DNA of 41,022 nucleotides from Coleofasciculus sp. B1-GNL1-01 (GTDB lineage: Bacteria > Cyanobacteriota > Cyanobacteriia > Cyanobacteriales > Coleofasciculaceae): the NCBI GenBank assembly GCA_040220235.1, contig JAVJTO010000042.1, one strand, 5' to 3'. The notes below the pieces were generated by a model. It was given only the letters and a program-made list of their open reading frames with translations. It had not been told where the DNA came from and did no database searches. Positions 8,811 through 18,683 of this stretch are shown here, in pieces (position 1 is the stretch's first letter; the number at the start of each line of letters is the position of its first letter). The translations under genes and the position numbers were made by a program.

Positions 8811-8942
8811 GGCGTGACCTAGCTAAAATGGTGGAATAGGTTGTAGGTTGGGTTGAGGAACGAAACCCAACAAAAGATAAGGCTAAAGTTCTCTTACTAC
8901 AAGCCGAATCTAATTCATCAAATAAGGTGGGTCATGCCACTA
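8808..8942. mobile_element. MITE-like element (copy 2) carrying a different GTAG palindrome
   Basis: TIRs TGGCGTGACC / GGTCATGCCA. Arm CACCTTATTTGATGAATTA is shared with 6868..6986. Cargo GTAGGTTGGGTTGAGGAACGAAACCCAAC. Confidence 0.65.
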
Positions 8943-9208
8943 GTAAGCTTTAGGTTCCGGAAATTTCTTTCCTGGCTTCTACGTTGGTGCTCTTCGGCTT
9001 AAGTCAATTTTATGTAGGGTGGGCAAGTATTATAACGCGGGAAACGCTTATATTAGAGTTAGTGAATCTTGCCCACCGAGCGAGTCATTTGGGGTGTATT
9101 ACCAATTTTGCCAGATCTCAGTTAAAACGGGTTGAAATTAAAGTATAGTGAACCGTTTGAGCCGGAAATTGCGTTCCAGGCTGATGTTACAGCAACGGAG
9201 GGAATACT

Positions 9209-9586
9209 ATGAATATCAGAGCGATCGCGCTTGCTACCATTCTCGGTCTATCTGCGCCTACAATTACCGAGTTTATCATTAAAACACCTGTCGTCGCCCA
9301 AGCGAGGGTTCCTCTGGGGACTTTCCAAGGGGGTGAATGGTCGCTCACCATTAACTATAGCAACAACGCCCTGACGTATTACGGGACTAATCAACGAACT
9401 GGCGATAACCTAATCCTCAGAGGTGCAAAAGTGCGGGGAAATCCTCAACGCCGCCTTTATATCTGGCAAAACGGGGATTATCAGTATCAAGTCGCATGGC
9501 GTCCCAATGATCCAAGAATTATTCGTCTCCAGGTATTCAATCCCGCAGGACAAGAAATTCTTAATCGCCTTCTCTATGAGAATTAG
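9209..9586 (+). CDS. Small secreted hypothetical protein
   Basis: Signal-peptide-like N-terminus (..VVAQA), SD-like GGAGGG upstream, HIP1 within the ORF. Confidence 0.75.
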   Translation: MNIRAIALATILGLSAPTITEFIIKTPVVAQARVPLGTFQGGEWSLTINYSNNALTYYGTNQRTGDNLILRGAKVRGNPQRRLYIWQNGDYQYQVAWRPNDPRIIRLQVFNPAGQEILNRLLYEN

Positions 9587-9757
9587 GGATGAACGGCAGT
9601 AGCTGATAATATTAGGTAGGTTGGGTTAAGGCATACACCCCAACCTAATTCATCGGTTGATTATATATTATCAAATGGTAAATAAATTTAACCGATTACA
9701 TAGGATTTATGACTCTCAACTGTATGGTAAAATCACGACTAAACTAGGATATGTTTT

Positions 9758-10894
9758 ATGTTGACTAGAATTTACATTGATAACTTTAGATGTCTTGTCA
9801 ACTTTGAGGTAAAACTTGAGAACAATATCAGTCTGCTTTTAGGCGGTAACGGATCGGGTAAAACCACTGTATTTAATGTAATTGAAAAACTCCAAAAATT
9901 CATAATCGGCAATATAAAGGTTTCAGACCTTTTTCCAAGTTCAGATTTAACCCGATGGGAGACTCGTTCAATTCAGAAATTTGAACTGGAAATTAAGGGA
10001 AATGGCGGCATCTATAACTACTCCCTAGAAATTGAACATCAAGGAGATTATTTTCCCTCAAGAATGCGTCATGAGTCTTTAAGCTTTGATGGACAACCAC
10101 TCTCAACGTTTAGTATTCAGATCGAGCAAGGTAAGCCTGTCGGTCAAGCAACTATCTATAATGATGATCCAACTCGACAAGGCGCATTTCTTCCATTTGT
10201 TGATTGGTCACGTTCTGTAGTAGGTTTTGTGTATGAAAGGCAGGAAAATAAAAAACTGACTTGGTTTAAAAAACGGATATCTAATTTTTTTATTGTACAC
10301 ATCAATCCCTTGTCTATGGGTGAAGAGAGTCGTCAGGAAGATACCCATCCAGCATGGGACATGTCAAATTATGCAGCTTGGTATAGTTATCTGTCTGGCG
10401 AGCAAGGTAAGATTTTTAATCTGACCATAAAACTAAGAGAAATTATTGATGGATTCGATGCGTTTAGAAATAAGCCCATTGGAGATGCAAAAATCTTATC
10501 ATTATCTTTCCCATCGTTAAGTGAAGAACCTTACAAGCTGAGCGAAATATCTGACGGTCAACGAGTTCTGATTGCCCTCTATACCTTAATATATTGTGCG
10601 CCGGATGAAGATTATACCTTGTGTATTGATGAACCGGAAAATTATCTCGCCTTACCGGAAATACAGCCTTGGCTGAATACACTTTTTGATCAATGTTCAG
10701 GTGCAGATAGTCACGGACAAGCCATTTTAATCTCCCATCACCCTGCACTCATTAACTATTTGGCTAGTAGTTCTGGTTATTGGTTTGAGAGAGCCAATGA
10801 AGGAATTATACGTCTACAGTCCATTACCGACCAACAAGATACAGGATTATCACTGGCTAAACTAATCGAACTGGGATGGATTTATGACGAGTAA
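9758..10894 (+). CDS. ABC-type (AAA_21-like) soluble ATPase
   Basis: IDNFRCL start, Walker A GGNGSGKTT, signature ISDGQR, Walker B LCIDEPEN, H-loop ISHHP; no TM segments. Confidence 0.9.
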   Translation: MLTRIYIDNFRCLVNFEVKLENNISLLLGGNGSGKTTVFNVIEKLQKFIIGNIKVSDLFPSSDLTRWETRSIQKFELEIKGNGGIYNYSLEIEHQGDYFPSRMRHESLSFDGQPLSTFSIQIEQGKPVGQATIYNDDPTRQGAFLPFVDWSRSVVGFVYERQENKKLTWFKKRISNFFIVHINPLSMGEESRQEDTHPAWDMSNYAAWYSYLSGEQGKIFNLTIKLREIIDGFDAFRNKPIGDAKILSLSFPSLSEEPYKLSEISDGQRVLIALYTLIYCAPDEDYTLCIDEPENYLALPEIQPWLNTLFDQCSGADSHGQAILISHHPALINYLASSSGYWFERANEGIIRLQSITDQQDTGLSLAKLIELGWIYDE

Positions 10895-11471
10895 AGACCA
10901 TAAACCAGAAGTCGTTATTTTATGCGAAGATATTGCTCACGAACGATTCATCAGACAGTATCTTATCTGTTGTGGATTCGAGGAGCGCAAAATCAAAAAT
11001 TTTCCTAATCTCAAAGGAAGGAAAGTCAACAATAATAATGACTTCGTTATCAAGCATTATGCACCTCTGGTTAAAAGCTACAGACGCAAAAATTTTCAAA
11101 ATCGTGCCATAGTCGTGATGATTGATGCCGATACGAATAGCATAAATGACATATTACGCTCTTTGCATATAGCATTAGACGAGCCGGAAGGCAAGTTAAA
11201 TCGAGACCCAAGATTACCTAACGAGAAAATTGCCATTTTTGTACCAGCCAGAAATATTGAAACCTGGTTTTATTATATTAGTATTGAACGCAATTGCGAT
11301 GAAACGACAGATTATAAGAATTCTCCCGCAATTAGAAAATGGGATAGCATCGATTTAGCTAAAGCCTCGGCAACAAAATTATCAAGGGAAATCTGTCCTC
11401 AAGGACTTGATAGTAATGCCCTGTCTTCCTTACATCATGCCTGTGATGAGTTGAGAAGACTTCTCGATTAG
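10884..11471 (+). CDS. TOPRIM-like protein (DUF4276/RloB/AriB-like) partnered with the ATPase
   Basis: VILCED, MIDAD (DxD) and RNIETWF motifs; 11-bp overlap with the ATPase gene. Confidence 0.75.
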   Translation: MTSKDHKPEVVILCEDIAHERFIRQYLICCGFEERKIKNFPNLKGRKVNNNNDFVIKHYAPLVKSYRRKNFQNRAIVVMIDADTNSINDILRSLHIALDEPEGKLNRDPRLPNEKIAIFVPARNIETWFYYISIERNCDETTDYKNSPAIRKWDSIDLAKASATKLSREICPQGLDSNALSSLHHACDELRRLLD

Positions 11472-11630
11472 TAACCTGACACAAGTCTATGGGGAATTCT
11501 TATTGAATCAACGATAAACGAATAGATGTCTGTCTAAACAGTTATCCTTTCTTTCTACCTTACCATCTTACTTCTTTCCTTCTGCAATCTGCCATCTTGA
11601 CTATATCTGAGCCAACAAATTTTGCATATA

Positions 11631-11756
11631 ATACCAAATCTGGGTTAGCTAACCCCGTTATAACCCAGTCCGCGCAGGCGGACTCCCCTTCGGGAAGGCT
11701 TCGCCTATGTTTGTGTAGCAGCGATTTCAATCGCCTCCTCTTGGTGGATTTGGTAT
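11631..11756. mobile_element. MITE-like element with internal palindromic repeat
   Basis: TIR ATACCAAATC / GATTTGGTAT. Inner GTCCGCGCAGGCGGAC..TGTGTAGCAGCGATTTCAATCGCC matches 18604-18650 reversed. Confidence 0.65.
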
Positions 11757-11826
11757 AACCTATCAACCAAACTCACCCTTAGCCAAAATAGAGATATATT
11801 TTTTATAGAAAAAAAGGAGTGAATCC

Positions 11827-12429
11827 ATGAGTCAAGTGAAAACCGTCTCAGGACGAAGTGTTCCCGTTGTGGGTAATGATATTGATACTGACAGAATTAT
11901 CCCCGCTCGCTATTTGCGCTGTGTTACCTTTGAAGGATTAGGAGACAAAGCTTTTGCCGATGACCGCGCCCAGGCGAAAGGACAACATCCGTTTGACCGT
12001 CCCCAGTATCAAGGGGCAAACATTTTAGTGGTTAACGGCAACTTCGGCTGTGGTTCTTCGCGGGAACATGCGCCCCAAGCCCTGCAAAAATGGGGGATAC
12101 AAGCCATTGTCGGTGAAAGTTTTGCGGAAATCTTCTTTGGTAACTGTTTGGCAATGGGGGTTCCCTGTGTTACGGCTGAACCGGAAACGGTGAAGCAGTT
12201 ACAGAGAATCCTGGAAGAGAATCCGCAAGCGCCGATAGCGGTAGATTTAGAAGCCATGGACGTTCGCTGTGGTGACTTCCAAGCCTCTGTGTCAATGCCT
12301 GAAGGAGTACGGCAAACTTTGATTACAGGAACGTGGGATAGTTGCGGACAATTGGTGAAGCAAGTTGACCAAGTTCGGGAGACAGCGGCGAAGTTGCCTT
12401 ATCTGAAGTGGGAAACCGCGACAGTATAG
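11827..12429 (+). CDS. leuD: 3-isopropylmalate dehydratase small subunit
   Basis: [39 protein letters not shown] upstream. Confidence 0.98.
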   Translation: MSQVKTVSGRSVPVVGNDIDTDRIIPARYLRCVTFEGLGDKAFADDRAQAKGQHPFDRPQYQGANILVVNGNFGCGSSREHAPQALQKWGIQAIVGESFAEIFFGNCLAMGVPCVTAEPETVKQLQRILEENPQAPIAVDLEAMDVRCGDFQASVSMPEGVRQTLITGTWDSCGQLVKQVDQVRETAAKLPYLKWETATV

Positions 12430-12504
12430 GATAGGCAACGTCTCATCTGGATTAAGATAGTAGGGTGGGTATTACCCACCCCAAAACTCATAAAATTTGA
12501 ATAT

Positions 12505-13173
12505 ATGAAATTGGATCAACTATTTCTTAATGAGGCATTTTCTAACTATGTAGTTTTTCTTGCTGGAATATTTATTGGTATAGTAGGATGGGCAATTGTT
12601 AATTATTTATCTCGCAAAAAGCCTCAAATAATAGGAGTTAATAAAGTTACTGAATCATCACTTTTAGAAATAGATCGGCAAATTGAAAAGGATATAAAGG
12701 TAGAATATAGAGGTAAATCTATCAATTCTTTATATCAAACTTCCTTTCATATTTTTAATAGAGGGGATGTCACAATTGATAATATTAATTTACAGATATA
12801 TATCGAAGATACAAATTTAAGTAATAATGTTATTTATTATTGGGTGGCTGATCAATGTGATAAACAATTAAAAAATGCTTCTTCTTTGTTAAAAGATGGA
12901 ATAGAAATAAAAATAGATTTTCTCAACCCATTGAAGCTTTATAAAGAAAAAATTATAGTCAATATTTATTCTTCACAACCTTTAAAAACTAAAGATGCTA
13001 GAGGAAGAGGAAAAGGATGGGGAGTTGAATATTTTGATCAAATTAAATACAGAGAAGAACTTGATGCAAACCTATATTTATCAAGCTCAGGAAGTTGGGT
13101 AAATCTGATCAAAGGAATTTCAGGGTTCTTATTTATAGTTATCGAAGGTCAGGGGAAAACTTCAAGGAAATAA
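12505..13173 (+). CDS. AT-rich hypothetical protein with N-terminal TM helix
   Basis: 222-aa ORF with hydrophobic VVFLAGIFIGIVGWAIV and an IFNRGDVTIDN beta-sandwich-like pattern; visibly very AT-rich. Confidence 0.7.
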   Translation: MKLDQLFLNEAFSNYVVFLAGIFIGIVGWAIVNYLSRKKPQIIGVNKVTESSLLEIDRQIEKDIKVEYRGKSINSLYQTSFHIFNRGDVTIDNINLQIYIEDTNLSNNVIYYWVADQCDKQLKNASSLLKDGIEIKIDFLNPLKLYKEKIIVNIYSSQPLKTKDARGRGKGWGVEYFDQIKYREELDANLYLSSSGSWVNLIKGISGFLFIVIEGQGKTSRK

Positions 13174-13201
13174 ACTTGCTTATGGCATAGTCTATTTCCT
13201 A

Positions 13202-13251
13202 GATTGTTGGGTGGGATTGTTGGGTGGGATTGTTGGGTGGGTATTACCCAC
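13202..13251 (+). repeat. 13-mer tandem repeat ending in a REP-like palindrome
   Basis: GATTGTTGGGTGG x3, then GTATTACCCAC. Confidence 0.8.
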
Positions 13252-13260
13252 GCCACCTCT

Positions 13261-13614
13261 TTAAGCCGCTTTTTTGAGCGAATTATTAAGCAGCACATTA
13301 CCGCTAACATCAACACTCAAGTCTTTTCCTGGCACGTATCCTTTCTGCACCCACTGTTTATAAAGGGTAAATGAAGTAATTCTATGAATTTCCTGCATTA
13401 TATCCGCAGGAATCAGGTTTTCAACCGCCCAAATAATGGAGTCTGGTTCAAACCACATCACACGTTCAATACTGACAACTAACACCGCCGCAATATATTC
13501 AAGAGTCAGTTTGGTCGTTAAATCGGCAATTAGGGCTGACCCAATTTGGCTGTTGCGAGTCATGATTGCTCTCGCCATCCGGTCAGTTTCTCGGTCGAAT
13601 TCCAAAGAGTTCAT
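13261..13614 (-). CDS. Hypothetical protein
   Basis: 117-aa ATG ORF with normal protein composition; co-directional with the S41 protease. Confidence 0.65.
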   Translation of the reverse strand: MNSLEFDRETDRMARAIMTRNSQIGSALIADLTTKLTLEYIAAVLVVSIERVMWFEPDSIIWAVENLIPADIMQEIHRITSFTLYKQWVQKGYVPGKDLSVDVSGNVLLNNSLKKAA

Positions 13615-13742
13615 GCTGGGCTTTTGCGTTTTCTGCCTAGGATTTACGGGTCTGGAGTCTCCACCAGAACGTTATTGTTTCGCTAAGTATACCCAAAGGT
13701 AGATGTCAGTTGGTATAAATTGTGTCTAAAAATAACATAATT

Positions 13743-15023
13743 TCACTCTTGAACGGCTTCTAGCGCCACCTCTAGCGCCCGTTCTTTTTGCGGATCAGCG
13801 CCTTGGGCGTATTCTGGGGAGAAGGGAACCAGGATATCGGGTGTTACGCCTTTTCCTTCTAGTCGTTCGTCTCCATTCACGTAGACATCAGCGACGGCGA
13901 CATAAAGCAAGCTACCATCGGACATGAGAAATGGACGCCCCGCCACCACAGCGCCAGGGGTTGGCGTACCGACAACGGGTCCGATTTTGAATTGCTGGAA
14001 ACCATACGCCAGAATTTCTTTAGCGCTGCGGCTTCCTTCATTTACCAGCATGACGACGGGTTTATTCCAGCCTGCGTAGTGAGTATATTTTGTACCATCC
14101 CGGAAAATCGTGGTTAAGCTTAAGTTTGGAGCGGTGTAGATGTTCAGGGCGGTGAGTGGTGAACCTCCCCATCCATCTCTTAAGTCTACGACTAGAGTGT
14201 CTGCTTGTTTGAGACGACCATAGATGAGTTCTTCCTCAAGCTGTTCTTGATAGTCATCACTGGCGTAAGACCAGATATGAATATAGCCGATTTTTTTACC
14301 TTGTTGTTCAATTATCTCCGTGCTGGCGTCCATAGCGTCGAGATACATGGTGGTTGTATCCAGCAATTTAGGGGTGACGGTGATTTCTTGCTGACTGTTG
14401 GGATTTGGCGATCGCTGAATTACCATTTTGACAGGAGTACCAGCTTGATCGGCAAAGGATTCAATGGGTTGGAAGGGGCGATTATCTACACTCAGAATGC
14501 GATCGCCTACTTTTAATCCGGCTTCAGTGGCTGGACTTCCTTCGAGAATGGCGCTGATAAAGGTTTGGTTGTCGATCGTTTTGGTGACGATACCAATGCC
14601 AGTATATTCTAGTTTGCCAGTGGGAAAAAAGGGTTTGAGTTGTTGGCGTAAGTCGCGGTTTCTGGGTGCAAAGATTCCTAAGACTTGGTAGTAGGCGGGT
14701 TGGTTGGGGATGTAGAGGTGGGTGTGAGAGGTGTTGAGTTGGGATAGCATTTGATTGATTAGGGTGGCGGCGGCTTCCCTGGATTGGGTTTGGCGGATTT
14801 GGGGTTCATAGTCGTCTTTGATGGTTTGCCAGTTAACGCCGTTAAAGTTGGGATCGTAAAAGTTATCGTTGACGGTTTGCCAGACTTGGTTAAAGAGTTC
14901 AGTTTGGGGGTTGGTTGGTGTGGAATGGAGGGGGAAGTTGAGCCAGCTAAGTAGGATTAGACAGAGGCTAATTAGGGTGGCGATAATTAGGCGGTGATTT
15001 CGAGGAATGGGAAATAGTTTCAT
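13743..15023 (-). CDS. S41-family peptidase with PDZ domain
   Basis: Signal peptide, SHT motif, GIGI..GSPA..GLKVGDRILSVD PDZ, DLRDGWGG, catalytic Ser region GSRSAKE, EGKGVTPDI. Confidence 0.92.
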   Translation of the reverse strand: MKLFPIPRNHRLIIATLISLCLILLSWLNFPLHSTPTNPQTELFNQVWQTVNDNFYDPNFNGVNWQTIKDDYEPQIRQTQSREAAATLINQMLSQLNTSHTHLYIPNQPAYYQVLGIFAPRNRDLRQQLKPFFPTGKLEYTGIGIVTKTIDNQTFISAILEGSPATEAGLKVGDRILSVDNRPFQPIESFADQAGTPVKMVIQRSPNPNSQQEITVTPKLLDTTTMYLDAMDASTEIIEQQGKKIGYIHIWSYASDDYQEQLEEELIYGRLKQADTLVVDLRDGWGGSPLTALNIYTAPNLSLTTIFRDGTKYTHYAGWNKPVVMLVNEGSRSAKEILAYGFQQFKIGPVVGTPTPGAVVAGRPFLMSDGSLLYVAVADVYVNGDERLEGKGVTPDILVPFSPEYAQGADPQKERALEVALEAVQE

Positions 15024-15373
15024 AGTGGAAGAGTGGGAGATATAAGCCTAGAACTAAAGTTCTGGCTTAAAGCTTAAACCCGTTAAAACGGGTTCACAGA
15101 TTTATCCAGTAAGTTCGATCCTTACTTTAGCTTGAAGATGATAACTTTATTGGCTGGCGTCCAAGTTGGCGTAAATATTGGGGTGAGAAGTTCTCGCGAT
15201 CGCGCTTTGTTTCTAGGGTTGTTTTGGCTAAGGTGGAATTGTGGTGATCAGGCGTGATTTCGGGTTTAGGGTTGAGAGGTGGAAAGGTTGGCTTTTTTAA
15301 CGCAGAGGAACGCAGAGGGAAAGCGCAGAGGAACGCAGAGGGGTTGGCGGTGAGGAAAGTTTCTGATATCAAT

Positions 15374-15431
15374 GTAGGGGCGGGTTTTATGGTTATCGTC
15401 TTTTTTTACCCGGATGTTAGTAAACCCGCCC
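15374..15431. repeat. GTAG-type REP-like long hairpin (relatives at 21430-21494 and 27598-27657)
   Basis: GTAGGGGCGGGTTT ... AAACCCGC inverted arms at three loci. Confidence 0.75.
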
Positions 15432-15736
15432 TTTTACAAGGTGTTATTGAGTCAAAGTAGTAGTTGGGCGGAGTGGTTACAGTATCAAATTGGTGAGTTG
15501 TTCAGGGCTAAGATTTATCGCTGTCTTCAGTTTGCACTTTAAGTGAAGCTTTTTATATCCGGCTCTCTTAGACTGGTTATGGCAAATTAGCAATTTAAAT
15601 GAGCTTAAACCCTTAAATAGCAAAGGATATAACAAAATAAAAAGCCTGTTTTATTAAAATTGCTTTTTTGCATCTCCATGATTCTTGCTTAGCAAGGATT
15701 ATAGAGATTATTTTGTAGTAATTTATCATAGCTAGT

Positions 15737-18529
15737 CTAGAAGAGCCTTATATCCTTACCCTCAAGAATTGTTCCTTGAAGATTGGCTTGTTCAAGATTT
15801 GCCCCGCCAAGATTAGCCCCTTCAAGATTTGCCTCCACAAGATTAGCCCCTTCAAGATTCGCTATTTCAAAATCCGCTTCCCTAAGATTGGCTCCCCTCA
15901 GATCCGCCATTTCGAGACTCGCACCAAAAAGATTTGTCCCCCTAAGATTGGCTCCTTTAAGATTGGCTAACCTAAGTTGTGTCCCGAAACACTGTGCCTC
16001 CACAAGATTTGCCCCGCCAAGATTTGCCCCATTAAGATTTGCATCCACAAGATCTGCCTCCACAAGATTTGCCTTCACAAGATTTGCCTCCACAAGATTT
16101 GCCTCCACAAGATCTGCCCCACTAAGATTTGTCCCCCTGAAATTTGCCCTGTAAAAATTGCGAAATGAGAGAAAACATTTTTTCAAATTCAGAAAACTTA
16201 AACATTCTGAGGTAAGTATGTTTTTCTTTCCTATCTTATTCACTTGCAACCTTGATATCCATGTTCCAAACGCTTCAGGAGAATGCCAATTAATCTCTGA
16301 AATTTCCTTAGTCACCCTCGCACAAGCATTTAAGACAGCCAATAACGCTTCCTCTGCATTTCGCGCCTGTCGCATTTCTTCCTGAAAATTCGGTCGAGGA
16401 TTTAAACCCTCCATCGGCATTCCCTGACGCAGCATAAACTCAATCAAGCGACATAATGTTTTCTGCCAATCGCGAACCTCTGATAAATCCTGTAAACGCA
16501 TTTCATCACAGACGAATTGGAACAGGTATTCATCCATGGCTGATAAACCGCAGAGAGTCGCCCAAGTTATTAATGCCTCTCGTTCATCACAACCTTTGCG
16601 AAAATTACGCTTACGTTCTTCTAAATCTTCATGGATAAGCCGAACTCCCTCAATAATACGTTTTCCTGTCAGATATTCCCCAAAGCTTTTATGGGTAAAC
16701 TCAAAGGTTTTCTCGCTATTCCGGATCTCTCCACTTTCGCGAAAGTAAAAAGCAGTCAGCAAACGAGTGATACTGGCTCTTGAGTCTTCTTGTAAGGTGG
16801 CTTGAAAGCGATCTAAAATTTGCCTGAGTCCACTATTATCGCAATGATCCTCAATTTCTTTGACACTGGTTGTCCTACCATCTCCATGCCAGCAAGCCAA
16901 GGCAATTTCCTCTAAAATACCGATAAATTCTTCTTTTGTTATCTCTTCAATCGCACGATGTTGTCTATTCGTGCCTTCATACCCTCGCTCGTAAACAGCA
17001 TCCAGCAAATCAGCATAGATTTCATTCAGATTCGTATCTTTTGAGAATCGCAGCTTATCCCGTTCAAAGCTTAATGCTACTAAATAATTTAATAATGGTT
17101 GTGCTGTAATTTCAACCAAATTATCCTTGTCTAATTCTGGCGGTAAACCATCATAATGCTTGCCTTTTGCCTGACCATAAGATTGCCACCAAACCTGGCG
17201 TTGATCTTCCTCAAGCAAATTTTGATCATCAATATATTTTTGGCGATCGCTTTCTTTCTCGGTCACAAAATAGGGCAGAATATAGAGAAGTTGATGCGGT
17301 TTGCGAAACTTGCTGCGGTTCGCCTGTACCACAACTTCTCGTCCCGTAATCAAAACCTGTACGCGAAGATGCTGATAATTAAATCGGTCAACTTCGCGCC
17401 GGACTTCTTCGACAAACTCTTTAGCCGTTTGTTCGGCAATTTTACCCTGCATCGATAGCTCATCTAAGCCATCAAAGATAATCAGTAATCGCGATTCTCC
17501 ATTTTCTCTGTCCAAGGGATTGTGAGACAAGAATCCTTCAATCTGGACAAACTCCCCTACCGCTTTTACTAAATCATCTGCTAATTTAAATAAGTGGAGG
17601 GGAATAAACAGAATTGGAATTTCTCCCTTTTCCGCTTGTTGTGCGGCAAAGATTTTAGCAAAGGATGACTTACCACTTCCGGGTTGTCCACTGATTAAGC
17701 GAATCGCATCATCTGCTTCAGCATTCTGTAACCAGGTTTCTAGTTCACTATTGAGATCTACGATAACTCGCTCATAGTCTTTACTCTCACTAATCCCTCG
17801 TTCTAATTTTCGCTCTGATTGTCCCGCCACCTCTTGCTCATAGTACGCCCGTAATGGCACATAAACTTGTTTGAGGCTAAATGCTTCCCAAAATATCGGT
17901 TCATCTACCCGCTTTTGCAGCCGTGCGCGATACCGTAGCCATCCCTGTTCTCGTCTCGTGGCTTGAGTGAAGGGTGTATCCAGAACTTCTTTTAAGGCAA
18001 TATAAACTTGGGAATGCTTAACCCATTGGTCATTTAAGGCAAAAACAAAGTAAGCGGGGAGGCGACTACTGATCATTTCCGCTTCAACTTTTTTCTCGAC
18101 ATACGCCTCTAACCACTGAGCAAACCCCGTCTTCGCTTCTTGGACAATCGGCAAGTTTTGGGGATGCTGGAAAAAGTCGAGGTCAAGGATTAACTCGTTA
18201 CTGGTTAACGATGTATTGAGGTGGTTGTACAATTCTGTAAGATTATCGGGTTTCTGGATTAGGAGTTCCCTATTTTCGTGTAACAAGTCTTGCATCGCTT
18301 GTATCAGGGAACGCACAATCAGCAATCCCGCAATTTCTCCCGGTTTTGCTTCTAATCCCAGGTTTTCGAGAACCTCAACGCCACTTTCCGCCAAGTCATC
18401 CCATTTCAGAAACGCGCCGTTAATGGCGGCTTTACCCAGTGAGGCGAATAAACCCTTGGGATTGGCTTTTATCTGTTTTTTCCAGACTGAAACAGGCTTT
18501 TCGACTTTAATTCCCGGTTCCCCTGCCAT
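15737..18529 (-). CDS. NACHT (STAND) NTPase with C-terminal pentapeptide repeats
   Basis: YVPL pre-motif, Walker A GQPGSGKSS, Walker B IFDGLDEL, ITGR, PLL and FTHKSFGEYL; long A(N/D)Lxx repeat tract. Confidence 0.92.
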   Translation of the reverse strand: MAGEPGIKVEKPVSVWKKQIKANPKGLFASLGKAAINGAFLKWDDLAESGVEVLENLGLEAKPGEIAGLLIVRSLIQAMQDLLHENRELLIQKPDNLTELYNHLNTSLTSNELILDLDFFQHPQNLPIVQEAKTGFAQWLEAYVEKKVEAEMISSRLPAYFVFALNDQWVKHSQVYIALKEVLDTPFTQATRREQGWLRYRARLQKRVDEPIFWEAFSLKQVYVPLRAYYEQEVAGQSERKLERGISESKDYERVIVDLNSELETWLQNAEADDAIRLISGQPGSGKSSFAKIFAAQQAEKGEIPILFIPLHLFKLADDLVKAVGEFVQIEGFLSHNPLDRENGESRLLIIFDGLDELSMQGKIAEQTAKEFVEEVRREVDRFNYQHLRVQVLITGREVVVQANRSKFRKPHQLLYILPYFVTEKESDRQKYIDDQNLLEEDQRQVWWQSYGQAKGKHYDGLPPELDKDNLVEITAQPLLNYLVALSFERDKLRFSKDTNLNEIYADLLDAVYERGYEGTNRQHRAIEEITKEEFIGILEEIALACWHGDGRTTSVKEIEDHCDNSGLRQILDRFQATLQEDSRASITRLLTAFYFRESGEIRNSEKTFEFTHKSFGEYLTGKRIIEGVRLIHEDLEERKRNFRKGCDEREALITWATLCGLSAMDEYLFQFVCDEMRLQDLSEVRDWQKTLCRLIEFMLRQGMPMEGLNPRPNFQEEMRQARNAEEALLAVLNACARVTKEISEINWHSPEAFGTWISRLQVNKIGKKNILTSECLSFLNLKKCFLSFRNFYRANFRGTNLSGADLVEANLVEANLVKANLVEADLVDANLNGANLGGANLVEAQCFGTQLRLANLKGANLRGTNLFGASLEMADLRGANLREADFEIANLEGANLVEANLEGANLGGANLEQANLQGTILEGKDIRLF

Positions 18530-18683
18530 AAAATTAATGGATGAAAGATTGTGCTGTTTCTAGCCTAACTAACTTTTGCAGTAGGAAACCCCCTTTTTGC
18601 CTTGGCGACTAGAAGTCGCAGCTACACAAACAAAGTCCGCCTACGCGGACTAGACTATTTCGTCCGACTACTGACAGCAACGA

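Noticed and set aside
15127..15460. Small ORFs between the S41 and NACHT genes
   Set aside because: Made up of AACGCAGAGG repeats and a REP hairpin.
15780..16150. 15-bp periodic DNA repeat as a possible CRISPR or VNTR
   Set aside because: Fully explained by pentapeptide coding; no unique spacers and no cas genes.
15776..16385. Repetitive + strand ORFs (KICLH, RFAST repeats)
   Set aside because: Antisense shadows of the pentapeptide repeats in the NACHT gene.
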